This document shows, one piece after another, positions 49,573 through 58,944 of a DNA stretch of 64,000 nucleotides. A program made the position numbers and the translations under genes. The notes beneath the pieces were generated by a model. It was not told the DNA's origin, ran no database searches, and saw only the letters and a program-made list of their open reading frames with translations. The stretch comes from Actinomycetota bacterium (GTDB taxonomy: Bacteria; Actinomycetota; JAHEXW01). Position 1 is the stretch's first letter. Every line of letters begins with the position of its first letter. Location of the stretch: assembly GCA_025355855.1 (NCBI GenBank), contig JANXYU010000019.1:525-64524 (forward strand), in the 5' to 3' direction.

Positions 49573-50304
49573 CTAGCTCGCTCCCTTTTGATGCAGGGAG
49601 AGGAATATATCGTTCAAGGCGCGTCCGCCAAATTGTTTCTTAACGTCATCTACATGGCCGTATACAGCACGAACACCGTCTTTGAGAATAAGGATGCGTT
49701 CGCACAATTGCTCAACCTCATCTAGGCGGTGCGTTACCAAGATGACCGTCGCTCCCCGATCGCGATGTTGTGTGACGAGGTCAAGGAGGAGCGCGCGATT
49801 AACCGGATCCAATGCCTCCGTCGGCTCGTCTAAAACAAGTAAGGCCGGGTCGTGAATTATGGTCGATCCGAGTTGGACCTTTTGTTGCTCGCCGCCGGAC
49901 AATGTGGCAAATCGCGCCTTAGCCTTGCCGGCCAGATCAACCTGTTTCAGGTATTTCAGTGCGCGCGTTTTGGCATCTGTCCAGTTTAAGCCGTGCATGA
50001 CGCCGAAATAAGTCAACGTGTCCAGAATGGGTTCATTTCGGTAAAGGCCCCGCTGTTCCGGCAGGTATCCAAGCATTGCAGCCATAGAAGGTGAATACCG
50101 AGTTCCGGCCACCATTAAGGTGCCTGCCGTCGGTTGCAGTATATTCAGCAAAGCACGTATCGTCGTCGTCTTGCCAGCGCCGTTAGCGCCAAGGAAGCCA
50201 AATATCTCGCCTTTATTGACAGAGAACGAAAGGTCATGAATGATCTCTTTGTCTCCGAAGCGCATTTGGAAAGCCTCGACGTCAACAATCGTCTCGGTAT
50301 GCAT
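49573..50304 (-). CDS. ABC transporter ATP-binding protein
   Basis: GANGAGKTT, LSGGEQQK, LVLDEP, TH; ATG 50304 lies 6 nt after TATAAT. Confidence 0.93.
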   Translation of the reverse strand: MHTETIVDVEAFQMRFGDKEIIHDLSFSVNKGEIFGFLGANGAGKTTTIRALLNILQPTAGTLMVAGTRYSPSMAAMLGYLPEQRGLYRNEPILDTLTYFGVMHGLNWTDAKTRALKYLKQVDLAGKAKARFATLSGGEQQKVQLGSTIIHDPALLVLDEPTEALDPVNRALLLDLVTQHRDRGATVILVTHRLDEVEQLCERILILKDGVRAVYGHVDDVKKQFGGRALNDIFLSLHQKGAS

Positions 50305-50393
50305 GCGCCTATTATATACGAATGACAATGGCTGGTATTGGACAAGCGCGGGAATGAAACCTTAGCTATAACCTGGATTTAGGAGGCATCTAA

Positions 50394-51104
50394 GTGGCAG
50401 AGCATATTGGGGCTTGCGCTGAATGCGGAGCGATGATGACAGAGGGCGCGACATTCTGCGGCTTATGTGGAGCGCCGGTCGGCGTCGCTACCGCAGAGCC
50501 GGATCTTGTCAAAACGCCGATCGAGCCGGAGAACCGGACGCGCGAAGAACTTGAATACGAGAGACAGAAGGCCGAACTGCTGGCCAGGATGGGCGGGTCA
50601 AGAGCGGCTCGACCTGAACGTACACCCGCGGTCAAGACGAAGAACAAGAGGCAAGACATCATGATTGCCATAGGCGCTGCGGTGCTTTTGATTGTTTGCC
50701 TAGGAACCTTTACAGGCATTGTCTCGTTGAAATATTATCGTCTAAACACCCAGGACAAGCCCGTTATGGCAAAAGTGATGGATCAGGAGATGCGCGCCCT
50801 AGTTGCCAGAGATACGGAGACCGCGCTCGGGTATTTCGCCGCCAACAGTTATAAGACGATCACCGAACTTGACTCTTTCTTAAAAGAAAGTAATTAGGAA
50901 GTGCTGGCCGCATATGGCGGGTTGACGGTTACAAAGGTCATGTCGTTCTCGATAGTGCCCAAAGCCGATGAGGTCGCGACCGCGGAGGGTAAGCTGAACT
51001 ACAATGACTGCTGTACCGGCACATTCACCACGATATTTCAAAAGGAAAGCGGGCAATGGAAGCTTATCAATTTTGTCCTAGCCGTAAAGCCCGCTGGCGG
51101 GTGA
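50394..51104 (+). pseudogene. Zinc-ribbon/TM/extracytoplasmic-domain protein interrupted by an in-frame TAG
   Basis: CAECG…CGLCG and TM helix; ORFs 50394..50897 and 50901..51104 share a frame, separated by TAG 50895-50897. Confidence 0.65.
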
Positions 51105-51146
51105 CAAGGCTAGACAAAAGCCAGTTGGCTTTTACGCGGCAACTAA

Positions 51147-51371
51147 CTACATCTTCAAAAACGCCATAAGTTCGTAGACCACAAACGCTGGCCAGACCAG
51201 GGCCTTCAGAACTCCAAGGCAACCGGCCAAAAATGACGTCGCATGCACGATATAGTAGACCAAGGCGCCGATGAATCCCAAACCATATAATCCGCCGGAC
51301 GCTCCCGCACCGGCCGCGTTGCCCGATCTTCCCTTTGATTGACAATTCGACGGCGTGTTTTCCATATCCAT
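51147..51371 (-). CDS. Small membrane hypothetical protein
   Basis: SD AGGAGG; GLYGLGFIGALVYYI…GVLKALVWPAF two-helix pattern. Confidence 0.75.
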   Translation of the reverse strand: MDMENTPSNCQSKGRSGNAAGAGASGGLYGLGFIGALVYYIVHATSFLAGCLGVLKALVWPAFVVYELMAFLKM

Positions 51372-51457
51372 GTATCCTCCTAACTTGCTTGCGACCGAAT
51401 ACTCCCTGTCGTTTAAACCGTGCTAGCATTAGCATACAGTAGAGCAAAGGAGAAACT

Positions 51458-51886
51458 ATGATCTTAGATGACATTAAGACTATCGCCGCGGCATCCGGTG
51501 GAGAAGTGACCGACAGGAAAGGCGCCTATTCGCTGCGGATTACCGTAGCGGAACGGAAATCCTTCCTATCGAAAACCAAACTCGAATATATCGCGAGCTT
51601 CAGAATCGACGATGCCGCCAAGACGATTCATTTCTCTGAGATGTTGAAAGAAGCAGGCTCAGGTCTTTCATCCGGCAGCGGCGACATGAGCCCGGGATTC
51701 GGCTTCAAAACCGAAACTTATAAGACCGGGGGTGGCCCGCGCGAGGGGTCGATAAACGAGCAGTCAGACCTGTTCGGCAAGAAATATTCCTACTCTTTTG
51801 ATTTCCAAACCATTAGGCCAAAGATAGAAGGCCAGGCGACCTCGGCGGGTTACACGTTCGAATACCAGATTCGGCCGGTTCGTTAA
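51458..51886 (+). CDS. Hypothetical protein
   Basis: SD AAGGAG; 142-aa ORF abutting the next gene. Confidence 0.75.
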   Translation: MILDDIKTIAAASGGEVTDRKGAYSLRITVAERKSFLSKTKLEYIASFRIDDAAKTIHFSEMLKEAGSGLSSGSGDMSPGFGFKTETYKTGGGPREGSINEQSDLFGKKYSYSFDFQTIRPKIEGQATSAGYTFEYQIRPVR

Positions 51887-51888
51887 CC

Positions 51889-52680
51889 ATGATGAAAGGG
51901 GCGATTCTCTATTATTCCGGCACGGGCAACACGGAACTGGCTTGCCAGTATATCGTCAACCATACTAAGAACGTTGAATTTGAGATGGTCAACGCGATAA
52001 AGGACAAGGCGCCGGATTTAACCGGCTACGACCTGGTCGGGTTCGCGGCGTTCGCGGACTTCTTAGTCCCATCCGTTGTATATCAGAAATTTATCGATGA
52101 TTTGCCGGCGCAAGATGACAAACCGGCGTTCGTGTTCAATACATACGGGATGAGCAGCGGGCAGACGCTTAGAATCTTGGATAGGAAGGTAACCGACAGA
52201 GGTTTCCGCGTGGTCGCCGGCCATTCACTTCACATGCCGGAGAGCTTTCCGCCGATGATTGCCAGGCGACTTGGTAACGAAAACGCGCCAAGCGACAAAG
52301 AGTTTAGAGCGTTTCAGACGTTCGCGGCTGAAATCGATCACATCGCGTTCAGGCTGTCCGAAGGCACTATCGTGCCGGCTAAAAGCATTGACCTAGGCGC
52401 GATGGATAAGGTGATGCGCTATCCCAAAAGCATGGCTAAGCGCATGATGGGAGCAAAAGCCGTAGACCCTAACCTATGTACCGGCTGCGCGACTTGTGCC
52501 AATGTTTGTCCCAAAGGAGCAATAACTGTCGCTGGGCAACCTTCATTCGACGAGACCGAATGCGCCTATTGCTGGGCGTGTTATAACCAATGCCTATATG
52601 GGGCCATCTACACGAAGAAATATAAAGATAAAGGACGATACACAGGTCCGAGCGCGCGTCTCCGAGCCAAGTTTATATAA
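51889..52680 (+). CDS. EFR1-family flavodoxin-like/4Fe-4S ferredoxin fusion
   Basis: YYSGTGNT; CTGCATCANVCP and CAYCWACYNQC. Confidence 0.9.
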   Translation: MMKGAILYYSGTGNTELACQYIVNHTKNVEFEMVNAIKDKAPDLTGYDLVGFAAFADFLVPSVVYQKFIDDLPAQDDKPAFVFNTYGMSSGQTLRILDRKVTDRGFRVVAGHSLHMPESFPPMIARRLGNENAPSDKEFRAFQTFAAEIDHIAFRLSEGTIVPAKSIDLGAMDKVMRYPKSMAKRMMGAKAVDPNLCTGCATCANVCPKGAITVAGQPSFDETECAYCWACYNQCLYGAIYTKKYKDKGRYTGPSARLRAKFI

Positions 52681-52708
52681 TCGGCCGGAGAATATCAGGC
52701 GCAAACCT

Positions 52709-53005
52709 TTATTCCACGTCCTTCTTCATCTGATCGAATTCCTCTTTTGTGATCTCACCCTTGGCGTAGCGCTTTTTCAAAATCGATAGAGCCTTGCCAT
52801 CGTCGTCCATCATGCCGGGTCCGCCCATCATTCCATGTCCGCCCATCATACCGGGACCCATGTGGTCATGCCGCGAACCGTGGCGCGTCGTCGCAACAGC
52901 CCACCAGAGCAGGACCAGTAAGCCCGCCAAGAAAAGCAGCGCAAAGAACCCCATAGCCAACATTCCGATAATGCTTCCGCCGTCCCCGTAACCATTTCCG
53001 TACAT
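52709..53005 (-). CDS. SHOCT domain membrane protein with Met/Gly/His-rich linker
   Basis: TM helix; ALSILKKRYAKGEITKEEFDQMKK. Confidence 0.85.
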   Translation of the reverse strand: MYGNGYGDGGSIIGMLAMGFFALLFLAGLLVLLWWAVATTRHGSRHDHMGPGMMGGHGMMGGPGMMDDDGKALSILKKRYAKGEITKEEFDQMKKDVE

Positions 53006-53139
53006 CAAAACCAATCGCCTCGCTTTCGTATTCTTTGTACTTGCATAAGTCTTCTCAAGTCTATCTTGGGTGATTGCGGCCGGGCACTAGCAAAAGACCT
53101 AGTTAGAGTTCGACGTGTCGTGAGGAAGAAAACGGCAGG

Positions 53140-53730
53140 CTAGCGCTGGCCGGCGAGGCATTCGGCCTGAGCCAGGTCGGCGGCGGTGTTGACGTTAAAG
53201 AACGACAGGCCATCGGGATCGAGTTCGCTGATGGCCGCGTCGACGAGGTATAAGACGTCGGCGTCGGGGAAGAAGCTGTTGACCTTGAGGTGGCCAAGCG
53301 TAATCTGTTTTTCAATAGCGGGCAGGCAGCTCGTGGCGTAAGCGGCGATGGCCGGATGAGCGCGGTCTTTATATTCAGGGACAACCGCGTCGTGGCCGGC
53401 CAGCTGGTCTAAAAGAAAGTGGAGTAATTCAGGTTTTAAAAAGGGCGCGTCGCACGGCAACAGCAGGTTATCCCGGTCGGATGTTGCCAAAAGGCCTGTA
53501 TAAAGCCCGCCTAACGGTCCCAGATTCGGAGTCTCATCGCGTCTGATCTCGGCGCGGCCTGCCAAAGCCTCATATTTGTCAGGTTCATTGGCAACAACAA
53601 AGACTTCGCCCGGCAATCCGTCGGCCGCGTCTAGCACACGCGTGATTAACGCAACTCCTCCGACTGTCTGCCACGCCTTGTCGCGCCCCAGTCGACGACT
53701 TTGACCGCCGGCCAATATTATTACCGCCAT
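53140..53730 (-). CDS. mobA: Molybdenum cofactor guanylyltransferase
   Basis: ILAGGQSRRLGRDKA, GPLGGL, PCDAP, FFNVNT..DL; SD GGAGG before ATG 53730. Confidence 0.93.
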   Translation of the reverse strand: MAVIILAGGQSRRLGRDKAWQTVGGVALITRVLDAADGLPGEVFVVANEPDKYEALAGRAEIRRDETPNLGPLGGLYTGLLATSDRDNLLLPCDAPFLKPELLHFLLDQLAGHDAVVPEYKDRAHPAIAAYATSCLPAIEKQITLGHLKVNSFFPDADVLYLVDAAISELDPDGLSFFNVNTAADLAQAECLAGQR

Positions 53731-53851
53731 GCGTCTCCTCCCAGGCAAGCCAACCAGCCAGATTATACCATTCAAAACGAACTGGACCGGGCGCGGTTAT
53801 GTGCTAAGATTGTCTTAATGATGTAACTTGTGTTACGGAGGTAGGATTCGT

Positions 53852-54226
53852 ATGTTCGGTTTAGGTATGCCTGAAATCATCGTTATTCTGGTTATCGCGC
53901 TAATAATTTTCGGTCCCACGAAGTTGCCTGAAGTAGCGCGCGGCATCGGCAAAGGCATTCGGGAGTTTAAGGATATGACAATGGGCGTCGAGCAGTCTAT
54001 GAAGGACGAGTTCGAGGCCATTATTAAGGACGGGGAAGAGGCGCCGAGTTCAGCCGATAAGGCGGCGCCGGCCGGCAATGCAACGACTCCAGAGACTACA
54101 GCCGCCGCCGACGCGAAGGCTTGGGCTGCCGATCTGCAGAAACAGGCAGACGCTGCCAAAGCGGACGAAACAAAACCGGACGAGCCGGTCAAACCGGACG
54201 AAAAGACCGGCGACAAGACTAGCTGA
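53852..54226 (+). CDS. tatA: Twin-arginine translocase TatA/B subunit
   Basis: MFGLGMPEIIVILVIALIIFGPTKLPEVARGIGKGIREFK. Confidence 0.92.
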   Translation: MFGLGMPEIIVILVIALIIFGPTKLPEVARGIGKGIREFKDMTMGVEQSMKDEFEAIIKDGEEAPSSADKAAPAGNATTPETTAAADAKAWAADLQKQADAAKADETKPDEPVKPDEKTGDKTS

Positions 54227-54231
54227 CAACC

Positions 54232-54340
54232 GAATAATGACGGGAGCTGCGTTTTTAGGGCGGCTGAGAGGATGCGGGAAGTATTGTTTGGGCGCATCGA
54301 CCGTAGTACTTGATCCGGGTAATGCCGGCGTTAAGGAAAA
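54232..54340 (+). ncRNA. TPP riboswitch aptamer
   Basis: GGGAGC…GCTGAGAG…GACCGT…CTTGATCCGGGTAATGCCGGCGTTAAGGAA upstream of thi genes. Confidence 0.93.
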
Positions 54341-54351
54341 GATCACAAGAG

Positions 54352-54389
54352 GACCTCATCCCGTAAGCAGGATGGGGTTTTTTCTTTTT
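54352..54389 (+). terminator. Riboswitch expression-platform terminator
   Basis: GACCTCATCC / GGATGGGGTT stem followed by T-rich tract just before the thiM SD. Confidence 0.8.
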
Positions 54390-54400
54390 GAGGAGCGATT

Positions 54401-55228
54401 ATGAATCAGGAGCAATGGGGAGCGAAAGCCGCGTCAATTTTAGGTCGAGTCCGCCGGGTTAAACCTTTAGTGCATCACATTACCAATCTTGTCGTAATGA
54501 ACGAGACGGCCAACATAACATTGTGCGCCGGGGGATTGCCGGTCATGGCACACGCCGACGCTGAGGTCGAGGAAATGGTCGCGGCCGCCGGCGCGCTCGT
54601 TTTGAATATCGGAACGCTGACGCCGGAATTGGTCGAGACCATGATCAAGGCTGGCGCCAAGGCCAATAGTCTGGGTATCCCCGTAGTGCTTGATCCTGTG
54701 GGAGCGGGCGCGACCCGGTTGCGGACCGAGAGTGCTACGAAGATACTGGAGCGGCTAGATGTGGCGATTGTCCGAGCCAATACGGCCGAAGCGGCCGTAT
54801 TGGCCGGTCTGGACGCCAATATTCGGGGGGTTGAGTCGGTCGGTGGCGTCGCCCCGGACGTGGCAGCGGCCTCCTTGGCGCGTCGGTACGGTTGCGTGGC
54901 GGCGGTAACCGGAGAGGTTGACTTCATTAGCGACGGTGACAAAATGGTCACGGTTACAAACGGCAGCCCCATGATGGCAACCGTCACCGGTACGGGATGC
55001 ATGGCCAGCGCGGTCGTCGCCCTGTTCGCCGCGGTTGAAGACGATAAGATAGAAGCAGCCGCCAGCGCACTCGCGGCCTACGGTCTGGCGGGCTTCGTCG
55101 CCGCGCACACGGCCAAAGGCCCCGGCACTTTTCATGTTGGTCTCTACGACGCCGTCGCCGGCCTGACGGAGGACGCGTTGCGCGTCGGCGCGCGCATCAA
55201 GGAAGAGCCAAGTAATGCGCCTGCCTGA
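54401..55228 (+). CDS. thiM: Hydroxyethylthiazole kinase
   Basis: PLVHHITN.V, NIGTL, LDPVGAGAT, TGTGC. Confidence 0.95.
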   Translation: MNQEQWGAKAASILGRVRRVKPLVHHITNLVVMNETANITLCAGGLPVMAHADAEVEEMVAAAGALVLNIGTLTPELVETMIKAGAKANSLGIPVVLDPVGAGATRLRTESATKILERLDVAIVRANTAEAAVLAGLDANIRGVESVGGVAPDVAAASLARRYGCVAAVTGEVDFISDGDKMVTVTNGSPMMATVTGTGCMASAVVALFAAVEDDKIEAAASALAAYGLAGFVAAHTAKGPGTFHVGLYDAVAGLTEDALRVGARIKEEPSNAPA

Positions 55229-55844
55229 TCTAAGAGTCTATGTGATAACGGCTAATATGCCGGAGTTGGGGAGAACGCACTGTGACGTCGCTACAGCGGC
55301 GGCGCGCGGCGGCGCGACCGTGATTCAATTTCGGGATAAAACCTTAGATGACCGAGCTTTCGCTGAGGAAGCCCGGCGTGTCGGCGAGATAGCGCAGGCG
55401 GCCGGCGCTCTCTTTATAGTTAATGACCGCGTCAACGCCGCTGTCTCGGTTGGGGCTGACGGCGTTCACATAGGACAGACCGACGACTGCTACGAGGCTG
55501 TGCGGGAGATTGTCGGACCGAAGATGATTATCGGCGTGTCAGCGACCGATCTGACTGAAGCGAGACAAGCAGCCCAGGCAGGCGCCGACTATGTCGGATT
55601 CGGGCCAATCTTCGCTACGACGAGCAAGAATGACGCGGCGCCGCCAGTCGGGTTGGCAGGGTTGGCGAATATAGTTTCCGAGATCAAACAGCCGGTGGTA
55701 GCCATCGGCGGAATGAATAGAGATAATATCGGAGCGGTAATTGCCGCGGGAGCGGCGGGTGCCGCGCATGTCGCGGCCATCGCGGGAGCGACGAATATGG
55801 TCGCGGCGGTCCGTGCCTTACGACTAGCTTGGGAGAGCCAATGA
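55215..55844 (+). CDS. thiE: Thiamine-phosphate synthase
   Basis: QFRDK, VNDR, DGVHIGQ.D, GPIFATTSK, VAIGG. Confidence 0.95.
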   Translation: MRLPDLRVYVITANMPELGRTHCDVATAAARGGATVIQFRDKTLDDRAFAEEARRVGEIAQAAGALFIVNDRVNAAVSVGADGVHIGQTDDCYEAVREIVGPKMIIGVSATDLTEARQAAQAGADYVGFGPIFATTSKNDAAPPVGLAGLANIVSEIKQPVVAIGGMNRDNIGAVIAAGAAGAAHVAAIAGATNMVAAVRALRLAWESQ

Positions 55845-57142
55845 GTTTGTTAGAAGAGCTGAAGGTTGGAAACATCACATCAGATATTGAGCAGGTCGCT
55901 GCGGCCGAAAAGGTCGACGCGGTAAAACTGGCGGCTGATGTAGCTGCGGGGAAAACGGTTATCTGCAAAAGCCGTCGCCGGCCGAAGGTGACGCCGCTGG
56001 GGGTCGGTCTTGGTCTGCGCACTAAGGTAAACGCCAATATTGGCACATCGGATACCTTGAGCAGCATCGACGAGGAACTGGAAAAGCTGGATATCGCAGT
56101 TCGCGCGGGTGCCGACGCTGTCATGGACCTATCGACCGGAGGAGACGTCTATGGCACTCTGGATAAGATTTTGGCGCATTCGACCGTTGCTATCGGGACA
56201 GTGCCGATCTATGGAGCCGCTGTCGCTGCCATCGAACGGCGCGGCAGCATAGTCGACATGACTGAGGATGATCTGTTTGAGGCGGTCGCGGAACATTGCC
56301 GTCGGGGCGCGGATTTCATCACGGTTCATTGCGGTGTGACTCGCGCGGCCGTTGACGCGTTATCAAAAGAGCGCCGGGTCACCGACGTCGTTAGCCGCGG
56401 CGGAGCTCTTTTAACCGGCTGGATGCTGCATAACGACCGGGAAAACCCTCTATACGCCAACTATGACCGCCTGCTGGCCATCGCCAAGGAATATGAGACT
56501 GTCCTCAGCCTGGGCGACGGCATGCGGCCGGGATGTATCGCCGACGCGACAGACCTCGCGCAGTTAACTGAGCTAAAGACCCTGGGTGAGCTGGCCCGAC
56601 GGGCCAAATCGGCCGGAGTCCAGGCGATGATTGAAGGCCCCGGGCATGTGCCGTTGGATCAGATTGAGACGAATATTAAACTGGAGAAGGAATATTGTGA
56701 CGGCGCGCCGTTCTATGTTTTAGGACCACTGGTCACGGACGTGGCGCCGGGATACGACGAGATAACCGCCGCTATTGGCGGGGCCATTGCCGCGGCCGCC
56801 GGCGCTGACTTCTTATGTTATGTCACACCTCGGGAGCACCTAGGCCTGCCCACGGCGTCCGACGTTCATCGAGGCGTTATTGCCAGCCGGATTGCGGCGC
56901 ATGCCGCTGACATTGTCAAAGGCGTGGCGGGGGCCGCCGACTGGGACCTGCAAATGGCGCGCGCTCGCAAAGCGTTGGATTGGGAAGGTCAGATCGCCCT
57001 GTCTATCGATCCGCCGCACGCCGCCGCGATGCGGGCTGAACGGATTCTGCAGGATGGGGAGACGTGCACGATGTGCGGCAAGCTGTGCGCGATGAAGGTC
57101 GTTGGCGAGTATCTGGATAGCCCGGGCGGAGAAACGTGTTAG
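55829..57142 (+). CDS. thiC: Phosphomethylpyrimidine synthase
   Basis: TKVNANIGTS, MDLSTGG, VSRGG, SLGDGMRPG, EGPGH, CTMCGKLC. Confidence 0.96.
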   Translation: MGEPMSLLEELKVGNITSDIEQVAAAEKVDAVKLAADVAAGKTVICKSRRRPKVTPLGVGLGLRTKVNANIGTSDTLSSIDEELEKLDIAVRAGADAVMDLSTGGDVYGTLDKILAHSTVAIGTVPIYGAAVAAIERRGSIVDMTEDDLFEAVAEHCRRGADFITVHCGVTRAAVDALSKERRVTDVVSRGGALLTGWMLHNDRENPLYANYDRLLAIAKEYETVLSLGDGMRPGCIADATDLAQLTELKTLGELARRAKSAGVQAMIEGPGHVPLDQIETNIKLEKEYCDGAPFYVLGPLVTDVAPGYDEITAAIGGAIAAAAGADFLCYVTPREHLGLPTASDVHRGVIASRIAAHAADIVKGVAGAADWDLQMARARKALDWEGQIALSIDPPHAAAMRAERILQDGETCTMCGKLCAMKVVGEYLDSPGGETC

Positions 57143-58149
57143 TCAAAGAGCTCGGCGAGTTCGGGCTGATCGACTATATCGACGCACTGATCAGAAAAGC
57201 GGACGGCGGCTCCAAAAAAGTCGCGTTGGGCATCGGAGACGACTCTGCGGTCGTCGACGCGCCCCTCGGCGCCAAAATGTTATTAACCACGGATACGATG
57301 GTCGAGAATGTCCATTTCAACAGGCGCTACGTCAAACCCGCGGATATCGGCTATAAAGCCATGGCAGTCAGCGTAAGCGATATCGCCGCTATGGCCGGAA
57401 CCCCGGAATATGCCCTCGTGACGCTGGGCCTGACCGCGGAGGCCGAGGTAGAATTCGTCGCCGGCGTTTATCACGGCCTGATTGACGCGGCGAAAGCTTT
57501 TGGCATTTCAATAGTTGGCGGAGACATGACAAAATCAAACCGGTTTTTCGTCACCGTAGCGTTGACGGGACGGGCGGAAGCGGGGCTAACCAGGCGCCGC
57601 TCCGATGCTAAAGTCGGTGATGCGATCATGGTGACCGGTTCGTTGGGCGGATCAGCCGCGGCTCTTAAACTCTTGAAAGAAGGTGCAAAACCGATGCGCG
57701 GCTGGTTAGCGCACTTGGCTGCCCGGCACACGAGGCCGACGCCGCGGATAACGGAAGCGAGAGCGGCCGCCGCAGCGGGCGCTCGGGCGATGCAGGACAT
57801 AAGCGATGGGTTACTGGCCGATCTTGCTCATATCTGTAGTGCGAGCGGCCTGGGCGCTCGCCTTGATTCAATGGCGGTTCCCGTATTCCCTGAAGCGGCG
57901 AAAGCCGGGTTTAAAGCAGTGGATGCGCAAAGACTGGCAATCACGGGGGGCGAGGACTACGAGCTGCTTTTTACGGCTCCTCCGGCCAAGGTCGACGCCA
58001 TCATCGCGGCGATAGCCCAGGTCGGAGAGACACCCGTAACCGTTGTCGGCACCATGTTTTCGGGCGCAGCCGAAGTCATTGTCGCCGGCCATGAAGGAAA
58101 ACCAATGGTCATGAAGAGGCGAGGCTATGACCACTTCCAGAACGGTTAA
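57136..58149 (+). CDS. thiL: Thiamine-monophosphate kinase
   Basis: GEFGLI, GIGDDSA, SDIAAM, DISDGL..DL.H, GGEDYELLF. Confidence 0.95.
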   Translation: MLVKELGEFGLIDYIDALIRKADGGSKKVALGIGDDSAVVDAPLGAKMLLTTDTMVENVHFNRRYVKPADIGYKAMAVSVSDIAAMAGTPEYALVTLGLTAEAEVEFVAGVYHGLIDAAKAFGISIVGGDMTKSNRFFVTVALTGRAEAGLTRRRSDAKVGDAIMVTGSLGGSAAALKLLKEGAKPMRGWLAHLAARHTRPTPRITEARAAAAAGARAMQDISDGLLADLAHICSASGLGARLDSMAVPVFPEAAKAGFKAVDAQRLAITGGEDYELLFTAPPAKVDAIIAAIAQVGETPVTVVGTMFSGAAEVIVAGHEGKPMVMKRRGYDHFQNG

Positions 58150-58915
58150 GACATTCATCGCGGCAGGCGGCCTCGATCCCAGCGCCGGCGCCGGATTAGC
58201 CGCCGATTTGGCGGCCGCGTGGAGCTTTGGCGTCATCGCGTTGCCAATCGCTACGGCCCTGACTGTCCAAAACTCTCAGCAAGCGAGAGCGTCATACCCG
58301 GTCAATGTGGCCGTCGTGAGGGAGCAACTGGAGACGGTCTATGAAGACTTTCAACCGTCAATACTAAAGACGGGCCTGGTCGGGTCGGCTTTATTAGCAG
58401 TCGCACTGGCCGAGTTTGCGAGCTCCCGCGGTTTGCGGCTAGTCGTCGATCCCGTCCTGCGCGCCTCGTCCGGGCTTGACCTGGCTGATCAGGCTGCCTT
58501 AGCGGCTATCAAGACTACTCTTGTCCCGAACGCATTTGTGTTAACCCCGAACGCGATGGAGGCGGCGTCGTTAACGGGTTTAACCGTCACATCCTTGGCT
58601 GAAGCCGCGGCGGCGGCCCGCCAACTTTACCAGACAGGCGTGTCTAACGTTCTCATAACGGGGGGACATCTCACAACAGGCGACGAGGTAATCGACACAC
58701 TGTATAATGAAAACGGCGTCAGCACCTTTAAGTCGCCGCGTTCGTGCGGCAATGTCAGAGGAACGGGTTGCGCTTTAGCGTCGGCGGTTGCGGCGCGGCT
58801 GGCGCTGGGCGACGACGTTACCGTGGCGATAATCGCGGCTCGCGCCTACGTGGCTCGAGTAATAGAGCAGGCCGTGCCAGCCGGACAAGGATCTCGCCAG
58901 GGTTTACCGGGGTAG
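58127..58915 (+). CDS. thiD: Hydroxymethylpyrimidine/phosphomethylpyrimidine kinase
   Basis: GLDPSAGAGL.ADL, TALTVQN, VVDPV, TPN..EA, GTGC. Confidence 0.9.
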   Translation: MTTSRTVKTFIAAGGLDPSAGAGLAADLAAAWSFGVIALPIATALTVQNSQQARASYPVNVAVVREQLETVYEDFQPSILKTGLVGSALLAVALAEFASSRGLRLVVDPVLRASSGLDLADQAALAAIKTTLVPNAFVLTPNAMEAASLTGLTVTSLAEAAAAARQLYQTGVSNVLITGGHLTTGDEVIDTLYNENGVSTFKSPRSCGNVRGTGCALASAVAARLALGDDVTVAIIAARAYVARVIEQAVPAGQGSRQGLPG

Positions 58916-58944
58916 ACGCGAACTTAAGCTAGCGAAAGGCAAAA

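Noticed and set aside
50895-50897. Genome-wide TAG recoding
   Set aside because: TAG ends many full-length genes here (ispA, steA, steB, trpS, xerC), often right before the next gene
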